Shown: positions 38,316 to 48,805, numbered from the stretch's first letter. The stretch: DNA of 64,000 bases from an uncultured Prevotella sp. (GCA_937889855.1 CALBYK010000248.1:16893-80892); one strand, 5' to 3'. The notes: generated from the sequence alone by a model not told the origin. Numbers and translations: made by a program.

Positions 38316-39512
38316 TTACTTCTTAAGCAACGCCATAGTGTCTTTGGCAATCATCAATTCCTCGTCGGTAGGAATGACGCATACTGTGACCTTAGAGTCG
38401 GGAGCCGAGATGATGGCCTCCTCGCCGTGTACGTCGTTTGCCTTGGCGTCCATCTTGACACCGAGGAACTCCAGTCCGGAGCAAGAGTCGAGACGCACGT
38501 CGGCCTGGTTCTCGCCAACGCCGGCTGTCCACACGATGATGTCTACGCCGCCCATGGCTGCTGCGTATGCACCGATGCACTTCTTGATGCGGTACTTGTA
38601 CATCTTCAGAGCCAGCTGCGCACGCTCGTTGCCTTCCTGTGCGGCAGCCTCAACGTCGCGCATGTCGGAAGAGACGCCCGAGATGCCGAGCACCCCGCTC
38701 TCCTTGTTGAGGAAGTCGGCCATCTCCTGCGGCTTCTTGCCGAGCTTGTCCATGAGGAATGTCACGGCAGACGGGTCGATGTCGCCGGAGCGGCTGCCCA
38801 TCATCACGCCAGCAAGCGGCGTGAGGCCCATTGATGTGTCGATGCACTTGCCATACTTGACGGCTGTCACCGATGCACCGTTGCCTATGTGGCAGGTGAT
38901 GATGCGCTGTGTCTTGATGTCGCGGCCAAGATACTCGCACACGCGCTGCGACACGTAGCGGTGGGATGTTCCGTGGAAACCGTAGCGGCGCACGTGATAC
39001 TTCTCGTACAACTCGTAAGGTACGGCGTAGAGATAAGCATAGTCGGGCATTGTGCTGTGGAAGGCGTTGTCAAACACGCACACCTGCGGAGTCTGAGGCA
39101 TGAGGTGGTCGACGGCGCGGATGCCCTTCAGGTGGCCGGCGTTGTGTACCGGGGCGAGGTCGCAAAGGCTCTCGATGCCGTCCTCAACCGACTTGTCCAC
39201 GATGACGCTCTTCTCGAAGAGGTCGCCGCCCTGCACGATGCGGTGGCCAACAGCGTCAATCTCGTCAAGGCTCTTGATGACGCCGATCTCCGGGTCGAGA
39301 AGACACTGGAACACGAAGTTAACGCCCTCGCGGTGGTCGGGCATGTCGTGCATGATCTTCTTCTTCTCGCCGCTGGGCAGAGTCACCTTGATGAAAGCCT
39401 CGTCGAGGCCGATACGCTCAACGCCGCCTGCTGCGAGCACGGAGTTGTCGTCCATATTGTAGAGTTTGTACTTGATAGACGAGCTACCACAGTTCAATAC
39501 TAAGATTTTCAT
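38316..39512 (-). CDS. ackA: Acetate kinase
   Basis: NCGSSSIKY, YGFHGTSH and PTDEE motifs. Confidence 0.98.
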   Translation of the reverse strand: MKILVLNCGSSSIKYKLYNMDDNSVLAAGGVERIGLDEAFIKVTLPSGEKKKIMHDMPDHREGVNFVFQCLLDPEIGVIKSLDEIDAVGHRIVQGGDLFEKSVIVDKSVEDGIESLCDLAPVHNAGHLKGIRAVDHLMPQTPQVCVFDNAFHSTMPDYAYLYAVPYELYEKYHVRRYGFHGTSHRYVSQRVCEYLGRDIKTQRIITCHIGNGASVTAVKYGKCIDTSMGLTPLAGVMMGSRSGDIDPSAVTFLMDKLGKKPQEMADFLNKESGVLGISGVSSDMRDVEAAAQEGNERAQLALKMYKYRIKKCIGAYAAAMGGVDIIVWTAGVGENQADVRLDSCSGLEFLGVKMDAKANDVHGEEAIISAPDSKVTVCVIPTDEELMIAKDTMALLKK

Positions 39513-39656
39513 TTTTCTTTTTTGTTTTCTTTTGTTTTCTTTTCTTTATAAGCCTGTCTAAGCCTTCTTAATCCAGCTAAGCCTATTTAATCGAAGCATA
39601 TTACTCCCCTCCCCGGTCGGTGAGGGGATGAGCCGTCTTAGCGGTGAGTGTGGGGC

Positions 39657-40667
39657 TTACTTCTTTGCGTCCATTGCCTGGCAAGCCGTGATGGCCACCA
39701 TGTAGTAGATGTCGTCAACAGAGCAGCCGCGTGAGAGGTCGTTCACCGGGCGTGCTATACCCTGGAGAATAGGACCGATGGCGATGGCGTCGCCAAGGCG
39801 CTGCACGAGCTTATAGCTTATGTTGCCCACCTCAAGGCACGGGACAACAAGCACGTTGGCATGGCCGGCGATGGCGCTGCCCGGAGCTTTCTTCTCGCCT
39901 ACGGCAGGAACGAGGGCTGCGTCGGCCTGGAGCTCACCGTCGAGCTTAAGCTCAGGCGCGAGCTCATGGGCGAGGCGTGTGGCCTCCACTACCTTGTCTA
40001 CCACCTCATGCTTGGCAGAACCCTTTGTAGAGAAGCTGAGCATGGCAACACGCGGATCCTGTATGCCGGCAACCGAGCGTGCCGTCTGTGCCGTGCATAC
40101 GGCAATCTGTGCGAGCTGCTCGGCAGTAGGAACTGGAGTCACGGCAACGTCGCCCATGACGATGATACCGTCGTCACCATACTGATGCTCGTGTGTGAGC
40201 AGGAGCATAGCGCCGCTTACACATGTCACGCCCGGGGCGCACTTTATAATCTGCAGGGCTGGGCGCAGGGTGTCGCCCGTTGTGCTCAGTGCGCCCGAAA
40301 TCTGTCCGTCGGCACCCTCGGTCTTGATAATCATGCAGCCGAGATAGAGCGGGTTCTTCACCAGCTCGCGGGCCTGCTCGATTGTCATGCCTTTCTTCTT
40401 GCGCAGTTCGGCAAGCAAGGTGGCATACTCTTCAGCCTTCGGGTTGTTGAGGGGGTCCACGATAGTGGCCTTGTCGATGTTGTGGAGGTCCCACTTCTCG
40501 GCGAGGTCCTTTATCTCCTCGGGATTGCCGATGAGGATAAGGTTGGCAAGATCGTCGGCCAATACGCGGTCGGCAGCTCTAAGTGTGCGCTCCTCTGTTG
40601 CTTCAGGGAGCACGATGCGTTGTTTGTCGCTCTTAGCGCGCGCAACAATGTGTTCAAGTAAGTTCAT
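39657..40667 (-). CDS. pta: Phosphate acetyltransferase
   Basis: IVLPE, SFSTKGS, GELQADAA and DLSRG motifs. Confidence 0.97.
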   Translation of the reverse strand: MNLLEHIVARAKSDKQRIVLPEATEERTLRAADRVLADDLANLILIGNPEEIKDLAEKWDLHNIDKATIVDPLNNPKAEEYATLLAELRKKKGMTIEQARELVKNPLYLGCMIIKTEGADGQISGALSTTGDTLRPALQIIKCAPGVTCVSGAMLLLTHEHQYGDDGIIVMGDVAVTPVPTAEQLAQIAVCTAQTARSVAGIQDPRVAMLSFSTKGSAKHEVVDKVVEATRLAHELAPELKLDGELQADAALVPAVGEKKAPGSAIAGHANVLVVPCLEVGNISYKLVQRLGDAIAIGPILQGIARPVNDLSRGCSVDDIYYMVAITACQAMDAKK

Positions 40668-40789
40668 AATTATTTTGTGAAATAATTTTGGTTTGTTTCA
40701 ATACTTTGTTTAGGGGTTTTGTCACATTGACTTTGCAAAATTAGTAAAAATAAATGAGCTACGCATAAGCGCAGCTCAATATTATTGTA

Positions 40790-41563
40790 TTAAAAGTTCA
40801 TTTCCTTGGACAATATATTCTCCAGCTTCTCTGCCGACAGGCGCAGCTGGAACTGCCCTTTTATGGCTACGCTGATGCCTCCTGTCTCCTCCGACACGAC
40901 GACGGCGATGCAGTCGCTGTCCTGCGAGATGCCGAGGGCGGCGCGGTGGCGCAGTCCGAGCTCCTTTGGGATGTCGTGGTTGTGGCTCACGGGCAGTATG
41001 CACCCGGCGGCTCGTATGCGCTTGCCGGTGATGACCATCGCCCCGTCGTGCAGCGGCGAGTTCTTGAAGAAGATGTTCTCGATGAGGCGCTGGTTGATGC
41101 GTGCGTCGATTATGTCGCCCGTGTCAACGATGTCGTCGAGCCTGATTCCCCGCTCTATGACGATGAGCGCGCCAACCTTGCCGCGCGACATGTCCATGCA
41201 CGCCATGACGATGGGCATGATTGTTTCCTTGTCAACGGTGTCGGCCTTCGACTTGCTGCCCATAAAGAACCGCGCCACCGCCTTGAACCTCTGGTGCGCG
41301 CCGAGCGAGTAGAGGAAGCGGCGTATCTCCTCCTGGAATAGTACGATGAGGCCGATGACGCCCACGCTCACCAGCTTGTCCATGATGGCGCCGAGCAGAC
41401 GCATCTCGAGCACCTGGCTCACGAAGAGCCACACGAGCACGAACACGATGATGCCGATGAAGACGTTGAGCGAGCGGCTCTCCTTCATCAGGCGGTAGAT
41501 GTAGTAGAGCATCATTGCGACAAGGAAGATGTCGATGATGTCCTTTATTCCGAATTCAAACAT
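40790..41563 (-). CDS. cdaA: Diadenylate cyclase CdaA
   Basis: 3 N-terminal TMs; PLHDGA and GLRHRAA motifs. Confidence 0.95.
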   Translation of the reverse strand: MFEFGIKDIIDIFLVAMMLYYIYRLMKESRSLNVFIGIIVFVLVWLFVSQVLEMRLLGAIMDKLVSVGVIGLIVLFQEEIRRFLYSLGAHQRFKAVARFFMGSKSKADTVDKETIMPIVMACMDMSRGKVGALIVIERGIRLDDIVDTGDIIDARINQRLIENIFFKNSPLHDGAMVITGKRIRAAGCILPVSHNHDIPKELGLRHRAALGISQDSDCIAVVVSEETGGISVAIKGQFQLRLSAEKLENILSKEMNF

Positions 41564-41579
41564 ATCTTGCCGTTGCGAA

Positions 41580-42413
41580 TTAAGAGTTTGGATTTTTGAG
41601 CTTCTCTGTTATCCGGCATGCCTCGGCAGCCTCCCTCACATCGTGCACGCGCAGTATTGACGCGCCCTTCATCAGCGAGATGGTGTTGAGCGCGGTGGTG
41701 CCATTGAGCGATGTGGTGGGGTCGCCGCCGATGAGCCTGTATATCATGCTCTTGCGTGATATGCCCACAAGCACGGGCAGCTCCAGCTCGTGCAGACGCT
41801 CGGCATGGCTCATTATCTCGTAGTTCTGCTCAAGAGTCTTGCCGAATCCGTAGCCGGGGTCGAGGATTATGTCCTTTGCGCCGAGGTCGCGCAGGCGCTG
41901 TATCTCGGCGGCGAAGTTGGCCATCATCTTCTGCAGGGTGGGTTGCACCGACATCAATATATAAGGTACGCCGAGACGGGCTACTGTCTCGAACATGTCG
42001 CCCTCCTCGTGTATGGCCTGTCCCACGATGCCGGTGAGCCCGCCTTCCGACACGTCGTTGATGATGTCGGCGCCGAACTCCTCTATGCACTGGCGGGCGA
42101 TGAGCGGGCGGTAGGTGTCGACGCTCACGATGGCGTCTGGCTGTTCGCGGCGCACTATCGCCAAGGCACGCTTAAGGCGCGCCGTCTCCTCCTCCACGCT
42201 CACCACATCGGCGCCGGGACGTGTTGAGAACGCCCCAACGTCAATTATCCTGCCGCCTTCGGCAATTATTTGGTTGGCGCGGTCGGCAATCTCTGCCTCG
42301 GTCTGCTTGCGGCTGCCTGAGAAGAACGAGTCGGGGGTGGCGTTGAGGATACCCATCACTATCGGACGGGAGAGGTCTACCAAGTGGCCTCTTACATTTA
42401 TAGAATATTGCAT
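41580..42413 (-). CDS. folP: Dihydropteroate synthase
   Basis: ILNATPDSF, STRPG, SRKS and RVHDV motifs. Confidence 0.97.
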   Translation of the reverse strand: MQYSINVRGHLVDLSRPIVMGILNATPDSFFSGSRKQTEAEIADRANQIIAEGGRIIDVGAFSTRPGADVVSVEEETARLKRALAIVRREQPDAIVSVDTYRPLIARQCIEEFGADIINDVSEGGLTGIVGQAIHEEGDMFETVARLGVPYILMSVQPTLQKMMANFAAEIQRLRDLGAKDIILDPGYGFGKTLEQNYEIMSHAERLHELELPVLVGISRKSMIYRLIGGDPTTSLNGTTALNTISLMKGASILRVHDVREAAEACRITEKLKNPNS

Positions 42414-42541
42414 GTCGTTTTTTTATATTTTGACGCAAAGGACGCAATAAAAATCGGAACAGCCAAATAATTAAATCTTTTTATAAAACACGCGAACAAT
42501 AAAAATCACTACCTTTGCACAGAAGTAAAAAAACAAGCATC

Positions 42542-43903
42542 ATGGAAATATCTGAACTGTACAAAATCTTCACCGAGCATCCGGTAGTTACTACCGACTC
42601 TCGCGACTGTCCCGAGGACTCGCTCTTCTTCGCCTTGAAGGGCGCGTCGTTCGACGGCAACAAGTTTGCCTCCGCCGCCATTGAGAAGGGCTGCGCCTAC
42701 GCTGTTGTCGACGAGAAGGAATATGCCCCGGCGGGCGATTCGCGCTTCATCCTTGTCGACGACTGTCTTGAGACACTCCGTCAGCTGTCGCGCTACCACC
42801 GCCGCACGCTCGGCACCCCTATCATAGGCATCACCGGCACCAACGGCAAGACCACCACCAAGGAACTCACCGCCGCCGTTCTCCGTAAGAAATACAATGT
42901 GCTATACACACAGGGCAACTTCAACAACGACATCGGTGTGCCAAAGACGCTGCTGCGCCTTCGTCCAGAGCACGACATCGCCGTCGTGGAGATGGGCGCG
43001 TCGCACCCCGGCGACATTAAGCGGCTCGTAGAACTGGTGGAGCCCGACTATGCCATCATCACCAACGTGGGACGTGCCCACTTGCAGGGCTTCGGCTCTT
43101 TCGAGGGAGTGATAAAGACCAAGGGCGAACTGTACGACTTTATGCGCGAGCGCGACAACTGGGACGCGCCAAAGTCAAGGATAATCAATTACTGGCAGAA
43201 ACGTTGCGTGTTCATCGACAATGAGAATCCGTATCTCAAGTCAATCGCCCACGGCCTCAACCTCGTGCGCTACGGATGTACAGAGAAGGAGCCGCTTTGG
43301 GTGAATGGCAAGGTGAAGAGCTGTGACCCGATGCTAAGGTTCAGCTGGGAACATCACGATGGGTCGTTCACGAGTGTGTGGCATGAAGTCCCTACTCACC
43401 TCATCGGCTCATACAACATCACCAACATGCTTGCCGCCGTGAGCATCGGGCTCTATTTCGGGGTGAAGCCCGACCTTATTGTTGATGCCCTTATGCGCTA
43501 CACGCCGTCCAACAACCGCTCGCAGTTTGAGCAGACCGCTGACAACCGCCTTATCGTCGATGCCTACAACGCCAACCCTACGAGCATGGCAGCTTCGCTT
43601 AAGAACTTTGCGGAGATTGAGGCCGACGGCAAGATGGTGATTATTGGTGACATGAAGGAGCTGGGCGAGGTGAGCCACGAGGAGCACACGAAGATTATTG
43701 ACCAGCTCAAGGCTTCGGACATACAGACCGTATGGCTTGTAGGCTCTGAATTTGAGCGCTGCGACACTCCCGAGGGCTTCCGCAAGTTCGACAACGTTGA
43801 GCAGGTTAAGGAGGCTATCCGTGCCGACAAGCCACGCGGACGCTACATCCTCGTGAAAGGCAGCAACAGCACCCGCCTGTATGAGTTGCCCGAGTTGCTG
43901 TAG
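42542..43903 (+). CDS. murF: UDP-MurNAc-tripeptide--D-Ala-D-Ala ligase
   Basis: TGTNGKTTTKE, NFNNDIG, DAYNANPTS and GDMKELG motifs; TACCTTTG at 42510-42517. Confidence 0.96.
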   Translation: MEISELYKIFTEHPVVTTDSRDCPEDSLFFALKGASFDGNKFASAAIEKGCAYAVVDEKEYAPAGDSRFILVDDCLETLRQLSRYHRRTLGTPIIGITGTNGKTTTKELTAAVLRKKYNVLYTQGNFNNDIGVPKTLLRLRPEHDIAVVEMGASHPGDIKRLVELVEPDYAIITNVGRAHLQGFGSFEGVIKTKGELYDFMRERDNWDAPKSRIINYWQKRCVFIDNENPYLKSIAHGLNLVRYGCTEKEPLWVNGKVKSCDPMLRFSWEHHDGSFTSVWHEVPTHLIGSYNITNMLAAVSIGLYFGVKPDLIVDALMRYTPSNNRSQFEQTADNRLIVDAYNANPTSMAASLKNFAEIEADGKMVIIGDMKELGEVSHEEHTKIIDQLKASDIQTVWLVGSEFERCDTPEGFRKFDNVEQVKEAIRADKPRGRYILVKGSNSTRLYELPELL

Positions 43904-44040
43904 GAGAGTAGGGTATCCTTGCCCTACCCACTCTGCCTGACTATTTATTATGCTGAATTAGAGTGGGTATGGCAGGATGCAACACCCTCCAACTGTATGT
44001 TGAGAAGATTTTGTCAAAGTTATTAGTTGCTTATAGCACC

Positions 44041-44462
44041 TCATCTGTTGCAGAAAGCCTCCCAAGCGTTCACGCCAAATATGCATAAAAGCAGCATCAC
44101 TACTATTGTCAGCGCATAGACTACAGGCCGTTTTTCCGTGTAGCAGCATCTCGCCAAGACAACTGCGATACATTCGCCAACAGGTATTGGCATGGAAGGC
44201 AATGTCTCTCTGAAGTCCATGAGGCGCACGGGCACCTCTGGCAGTATAGCACCTATGCATACGGTCAATGCAACAGCCGCAGAGCTGGTGGCGTTTCCCT
44301 TTTCTTCTCTGTCAAGCATGTAATACGTGAATGCAAAAAACATATTGACTTTGCAAGAACCACAAACGAAAGCGAATGCACCGCATTAAGTGGGCATACC
44401 ACAATAGACAACAACGCTGAAGCTACAAGAATTGTAACTATTGATTTAAAGTTTGTTTTCAT
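44041..44462 (-). pseudogene. Frameshifted small membrane protein
   Basis: ORFs 44265..44462 and 44041..44343 join into about 140 aa if one T is added to the T6 run at 44335-44340. Confidence 0.6.
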
Positions 44463-44692
44463 AATTGTAGGTTTTTATGGTTATTATATTGCAAATGTAA
44501 TTTTTTTTTGAACTGGCAAGCAAATAGTTGCTATTTCTTCTTGTGTCCTGCTGATTTTTGTTCGAATACAATAAATAAGCGACATGTTGGCTTCACTGAT
44601 TATATAAACACGTGAAGTCAATATGTCGCTTTGGTTAATAGGAACTTCTTGTTCCTTGTTATGTTAGTTGCCCGCTTGCGCGGTGCCTTCTT

Positions 44693-45157
44693 CTACTCAA
44701 AGTAGTAGAGGAATGTCGCGATGCCGGTGAGTGCCTTCTTTGGCGACTCCTTTATCTCGATGGCGAACTTTATCTGTACCTTTGCTATGCCGCGGAGGTT
44801 CTCGATGGCGTAGAGGTCGGCGACGAGGCGGATGTGCTCGCCCGACTTCACTGCCTGGCCGAACTTCATCTTGTCCATACCGTAGTTGACCATCATCTTG
44901 AGGTTCTTCACCTCGATAATCTGGTTCCAGAGGTAGGGGAGCATAGACAATGTGAGATAGCCGTGGGCTATGGTCGACTTGAACGGGCTCTCAACGGCGG
45001 CACGCTCCGTGTCAACGTGTATCCACTGATGGTCGAGGGTAGCGTCTGCAAACTGGTTGATGCGCTCCTGCGGAAGCTCTACATAGTCGGACACTCCGAT
45101 GTTCTTGCCGAGCAGAGCGGCAAACTCGTGATAACTGTTGATGATTACTTTTTCCAT
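44693..45157 (-). CDS. MaoC-family dehydratase
   Basis: FADATLDHQWIHVD and TIAHGYL motifs. Confidence 0.92.
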   Translation of the reverse strand: MEKVIINSYHEFAALLGKNIGVSDYVELPQERINQFADATLDHQWIHVDTERAAVESPFKSTIAHGYLTLSMLPYLWNQIIEVKNLKMMVNYGMDKMKFGQAVKSGEHIRLVADLYAIENLRGIAKVQIKFAIEIKESPKKALTGIATFLYYFE

Positions 45158-45183
45158 TTATTGATTTTTGTTTGTAAATTTCT

Positions 45184-45645
45184 TTAGTCACCGTCCGGGG
45201 CGTAGAGGAAGTCGTGCAGCGGGTCGGGATAATCGAATATCTCGCCCTCGCGGAAGAACCGCTTCATCTCTATCTCGGCAGTCTCCACAGAGTCGGAGGC
45301 GTGGATGATGTTCTCCTGCCCACTCATAGAGTAGTCGCCGCGTATGGTGCCTGGGGCGGCCTTTCGTCCGTTGGTGGCTCCCACGATGTTGCGCACTACT
45401 GTCACGGCGCTGTTGCCCTCAACGCACATTGCCACTACCGGGGCCGACTTCATTGAGGCGGTGAGCCAGGGGAAGAACGGACGGTCAACGAGGTGGGCAT
45501 AGTGCTCGTTGAGAATCTTGTCGTCAAGCTGCATCATCTTCATTCCGACAATGCGCAGACCCTTACGTTCGAGGCGGTTTATAACTTCGCCGATGAGACG
45601 GCGCTGCACAGTACATGGCTTCAAAAGAATTAATGTCTTTTCCAT
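45184..45645 (-). CDS. ndk: Nucleoside diphosphate kinase
   Basis: PGTIRGDY and NIIHASDS motifs. Confidence 0.97.
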   Translation of the reverse strand: MEKTLILLKPCTVQRRLIGEVINRLERKGLRIVGMKMMQLDDKILNEHYAHLVDRPFFPWLTASMKSAPVVAMCVEGNSAVTVVRNIVGATNGRKAAPGTIRGDYSMSGQENIIHASDSVETAEIEMKRFFREGEIFDYPDPLHDFLYAPDGD

Positions 45646-45754
45646 ATAGAATAGTGTTTTGTTGTTATTGTATTTGGATTGTACATATGCAAAGATAAGT
45701 ATTTTATATTTATTTTTGATGTTTTACGCCTAAAAATCAGTAATTTTGCACATT

Positions 45755-47005
45755 ATGAACAATACAACGATACGAGATTATGAGATAATGGCGCCCGTAG
45801 GCTCTCGCGAGAGCTTGCAGGCGGCAATACAGGCTGGTGCAGACAGCATCTACTTTGGCGTGGAGCAGCTCAACATGCGTTCACACTCCGCAAACCACTT
45901 CACTATTGACGACCTCCGCGAGATTGCCGCCACATGTGCCGAGCACGGCATGAAGAGCTATCTCACGGTGAACACCATCATATACGACGAGGACGTTGAG
46001 TTGATGCACCAGATTATTGATGCTGCGCATGAGGCCAATATCTCCGCCGTCATTGCCAGCGACGTGGCGGTTATGACCTACTGCCGCCAGGTCGGCGTTG
46101 AGGTGCACCTTTCCACTCAACTCAACATAAGCAACGCCGAGGCGCTTAAGTTCTACGCCCAGTTTGCCGATGTGGTGGTGCTGGCGCGCGAGCTCAACAT
46201 GGACCAGGTGGCATACATCCATGAGCAGATAGAGAAGCAGCAGATACGCGGTCCCAAGGGTGAGCTGGTGCGCATAGAGATGTTCTGCCACGGAGCGCTG
46301 TGCATGGCGGTGAGCGGCAAGTGCTACATGAGCCTCATGAATACGGGGCGCTCCGCCAACCGCGGCGCCTGCATGCAGCTGTGCCGCCGCTCCTACACCG
46401 TGACCGACAACGAGACGGGCACACAGCTCGAGATTGACAACAAGTACATCATGTCGCCAAAGGACCTTAAGACCGTGCGCTTTATCGACCGTATGATGAA
46501 GAGCGGCGTGCGCGTGTTCAAGATTGAGGGCAGGGCGCGCGGCGCTGAGTATGTATACAACGTGGTGAAGTGCTACAAGGAGGCCATACAGGCGGTGCTC
46601 GACGGCACGTTCACCGAGGAGAAGAAGGACGCGTGGGACGAGCGTCTCGCCACCGTCTTCAACCGTGGCTTCTGGGACGGCTACTACCAGGGGCAGACCC
46701 TCGGCGAGTGGAACAGCAACTACGGGTCGAACGCCACGGAGAAGAAGGTGTACGTGGGTCGCGGCGTGAAGTACTTCTCGAAGCTCGGCGTGGCTGAGTT
46801 CACGTGCGAGGCTGCGGAGTTCTCCGTGGGCGACAAGCTTCTCATCACCGGCCCGACTACGGGTGTGATGTATGTCGATGTGGACGAGATACGCTACGAC
46901 CTCAAGCCTGTGGAAACCGCGCGCAAGGGGCAGCACGTGTCGTTCCGCGTGCCGGGCAAGATACGCCCAAGCGACAAACTCTTTAAATTGGAGAAAGTAG
47001 AATAA
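45755..47005 (+). CDS. Peptidase U32 family Fe-S protein (RNA hydroxylation type)
   Basis: HGALCMAVSGKC, SANRGACMQLCR and KIEGR motifs. Confidence 0.9.
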   Translation: MNNTTIRDYEIMAPVGSRESLQAAIQAGADSIYFGVEQLNMRSHSANHFTIDDLREIAATCAEHGMKSYLTVNTIIYDEDVELMHQIIDAAHEANISAVIASDVAVMTYCRQVGVEVHLSTQLNISNAEALKFYAQFADVVVLARELNMDQVAYIHEQIEKQQIRGPKGELVRIEMFCHGALCMAVSGKCYMSLMNTGRSANRGACMQLCRRSYTVTDNETGTQLEIDNKYIMSPKDLKTVRFIDRMMKSGVRVFKIEGRARGAEYVYNVVKCYKEAIQAVLDGTFTEEKKDAWDERLATVFNRGFWDGYYQGQTLGEWNSNYGSNATEKKVYVGRGVKYFSKLGVAEFTCEAAEFSVGDKLLITGPTTGVMYVDVDEIRYDLKPVETARKGQHVSFRVPGKIRPSDKLFKLEKVE

Positions 47006-47011
47006 CAAGAT

Positions 47012-47437
47012 ATGACAATCAACGAAGCACAAGACGAAGTCATTGAACAGTTTCAGGACTTCACCGACTGGATGGACAAGTACCAGTTGCTAATCGACCT
47101 CGGTGGCGAGCTTGAGCCACTCGACGAGAAGTACAAGACAGAACAGAACCTCATCGACGGATGCCAGAGCCGCGTGTGGGTGCAGTGCGACATGACCGGC
47201 GACGGAAAGCTTGTCTTTACCGCCGACAGCGACGCTCTCATCGTCAAGGGCATCATCGCGCTGCTCATACAGGTGCTGAGCGGCCACACTCCGCGCGAGA
47301 TTCTCGATGCCGACCTCTATTTCATCGACCGCATCGGACTGAAGGACCATCTCTCGCCGACACGCTCCAACGGCCTGCTCGCCATGGTGAAGCAGATACG
47401 CATGTACGCTTTGGCTTACGAGGCAAAGAACAAGTAG
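47012..47437 (+). CDS. sufE: SufE family sulfur acceptor
   Basis: GCQSRVW, SDALIVKG and LSPTRSNG motifs. Confidence 0.93.
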   Translation: MTINEAQDEVIEQFQDFTDWMDKYQLLIDLGGELEPLDEKYKTEQNLIDGCQSRVWVQCDMTGDGKLVFTADSDALIVKGIIALLIQVLSGHTPREILDADLYFIDRIGLKDHLSPTRSNGLLAMVKQIRMYALAYEAKNK

Positions 47438-47531
47438 GAAAGTAGGAGGGCTTGGCGTGTCAAAGCTCGCAACGAGACATAATCAGTGGCTGTGCCCTCC
47501 TATAAATAATAGTTTGAAAAACAGAAAATAA

Positions 47532-48539
47532 ATGAAGAAATCAATATTCTTGTCTTTTCTGGCACTGGCTGCCGTGGCTATTGCCTGCTCATGCGCGTCG
47601 TGCAAGAACACGTCGAAGAGCGGAGCCGCCAGCGAGCCTGACACCGTGGCTCTTGTGGGGCCTACGTTCAGCCAGGACTCTGCCTATGCCTTTGCCGCCA
47701 AGCAGTGTAGCTTCGGCGAGCGCACGATGAACTCGAAGGCGCACGATTTGTGTGGTGACTGGATTATGGCGAAATTCCGTGAGTTTGGCATGAAGGTGGA
47801 GGCCCAGGATGCGGAGCTTACAGGCTGGGACGGCACCAAGCTCCGCAGCCGCAACATCATAGCGCGTTTCCGTCCGGAGCAGACCACGCGCATTCTGCTC
47901 TGCGCCCATTGGGACAGCCGTCCATGGGCCGACAACGACCCCGACTCAACCAACTGGCACCGTCCGGTGATGGCTGCCAACGACGGAGCGAGCGGTGTTG
48001 CCGTGATGCTTGAGCTTGCACGCTTGCTGAAGAGCGACACTGCTCTGAAGGTGGGTGTTGACTTCGTGTGCTTCGATGCCGAGGACTACGGCACACCGCA
48101 GTGGGCGTCTGTGCCTGACGATGGCGACTCCTGGGCTCTTGGCGCACAGTATTGGGCAACACACTTGCCTAAAGGCTATGAGGCCCGCTACGGCATCCTG
48201 CTTGATATGGTGGGAGGCGAGGGCGCCAAGTTCTATCAGGAGGGTGTGTCTAAGCAATATGCCGGTGAGATTGTGAACAAGATATGGCGCACGGCGTCAC
48301 AGATTGGCTACGGCTCGTTCTTCCCGATGAAGGATGGCGGGATGATAACAGACGACCACGTGCCGGTGAACGAGAAGGCGGGCATTCCGTGTGTTGACGT
48401 CATAGCGTTCTATCCCGACTGCCAGCAAAGCTCGTTCGGACCAACATGGCACACCGTCAGCGACACCATGGAACACATCGATCCCAATGTGCTGAAGGCT
48501 GTCGGCCAGACTTTGGTGCAAGTGCTTTATTCCGAATAA
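47532..48539 (+). CDS. M28-family lipoprotein, probable glutaminyl-peptide cyclotransferase
   Basis: AHWDSRP, ANDGASG, DAEDYG, DDH and WHT motifs; lipoprotein signal. Confidence 0.82.
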   Translation: MKKSIFLSFLALAAVAIACSCASCKNTSKSGAASEPDTVALVGPTFSQDSAYAFAAKQCSFGERTMNSKAHDLCGDWIMAKFREFGMKVEAQDAELTGWDGTKLRSRNIIARFRPEQTTRILLCAHWDSRPWADNDPDSTNWHRPVMAANDGASGVAVMLELARLLKSDTALKVGVDFVCFDAEDYGTPQWASVPDDGDSWALGAQYWATHLPKGYEARYGILLDMVGGEGAKFYQEGVSKQYAGEIVNKIWRTASQIGYGSFFPMKDGGMITDDHVPVNEKAGIPCVDVIAFYPDCQQSSFGPTWHTVSDTMEHIDPNVLKAVGQTLVQVLYSE

Positions 48540-48541
48540 CA

Positions 48542-48645
48542 GGGAGAGGGGGTGTCCCGTCCACGGCATGAATAACTGTGGGAGAGGTGTCGTCCTGCCC
48601 CTGGCATTATTAGCTTATGTCGGGGGCGGGACGCCCCCTCTCCCA
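48542..48645. repeat. REP cluster (GGGAGAGGGGGCGTCCCGCCCCCGA family)
   Basis: Two degenerate forward copies (48542, 48580) and one consensus reverse copy (48620-48644). Confidence 0.85.
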
Positions 48646-48647
48646 GT

Positions 48648-48805
48648 AAAAAAAAAACTGGTCGCAGAACTCTGGAGAATTCCTGCGGCCAGTCAAACGT
48701 TAGTATGTTATGAAAAATTTGAGAGAACTTGAAGCTTCGCAGCTTCGAGTTTTTTTGTTTTAACTAAAAATGATTTTATTGAGAAAGCATAGAAATATCT
48801 TTTTC
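48648..48805 (-). ncRNA. Candidate 3'-UTR-derived small RNA
   Basis: About 158 nt after the anti-sigma stop: internal hairpin, unpaired UUUUUCAUAAC, then terminator hairpin 48657-48693 plus U10. Confidence 0.4.

Noticed and set aside
40790..41563. Diadenylate cyclase as CBASS-like signalling
   Set aside because: Standard membrane CdaA next to folP, with no effector genes
43140..43210. Possible short insertion in MurF (DNWDAPKSRIINYWQKR)
   Set aside because: Cannot be confirmed without an alignment; no match to the repeat families seen
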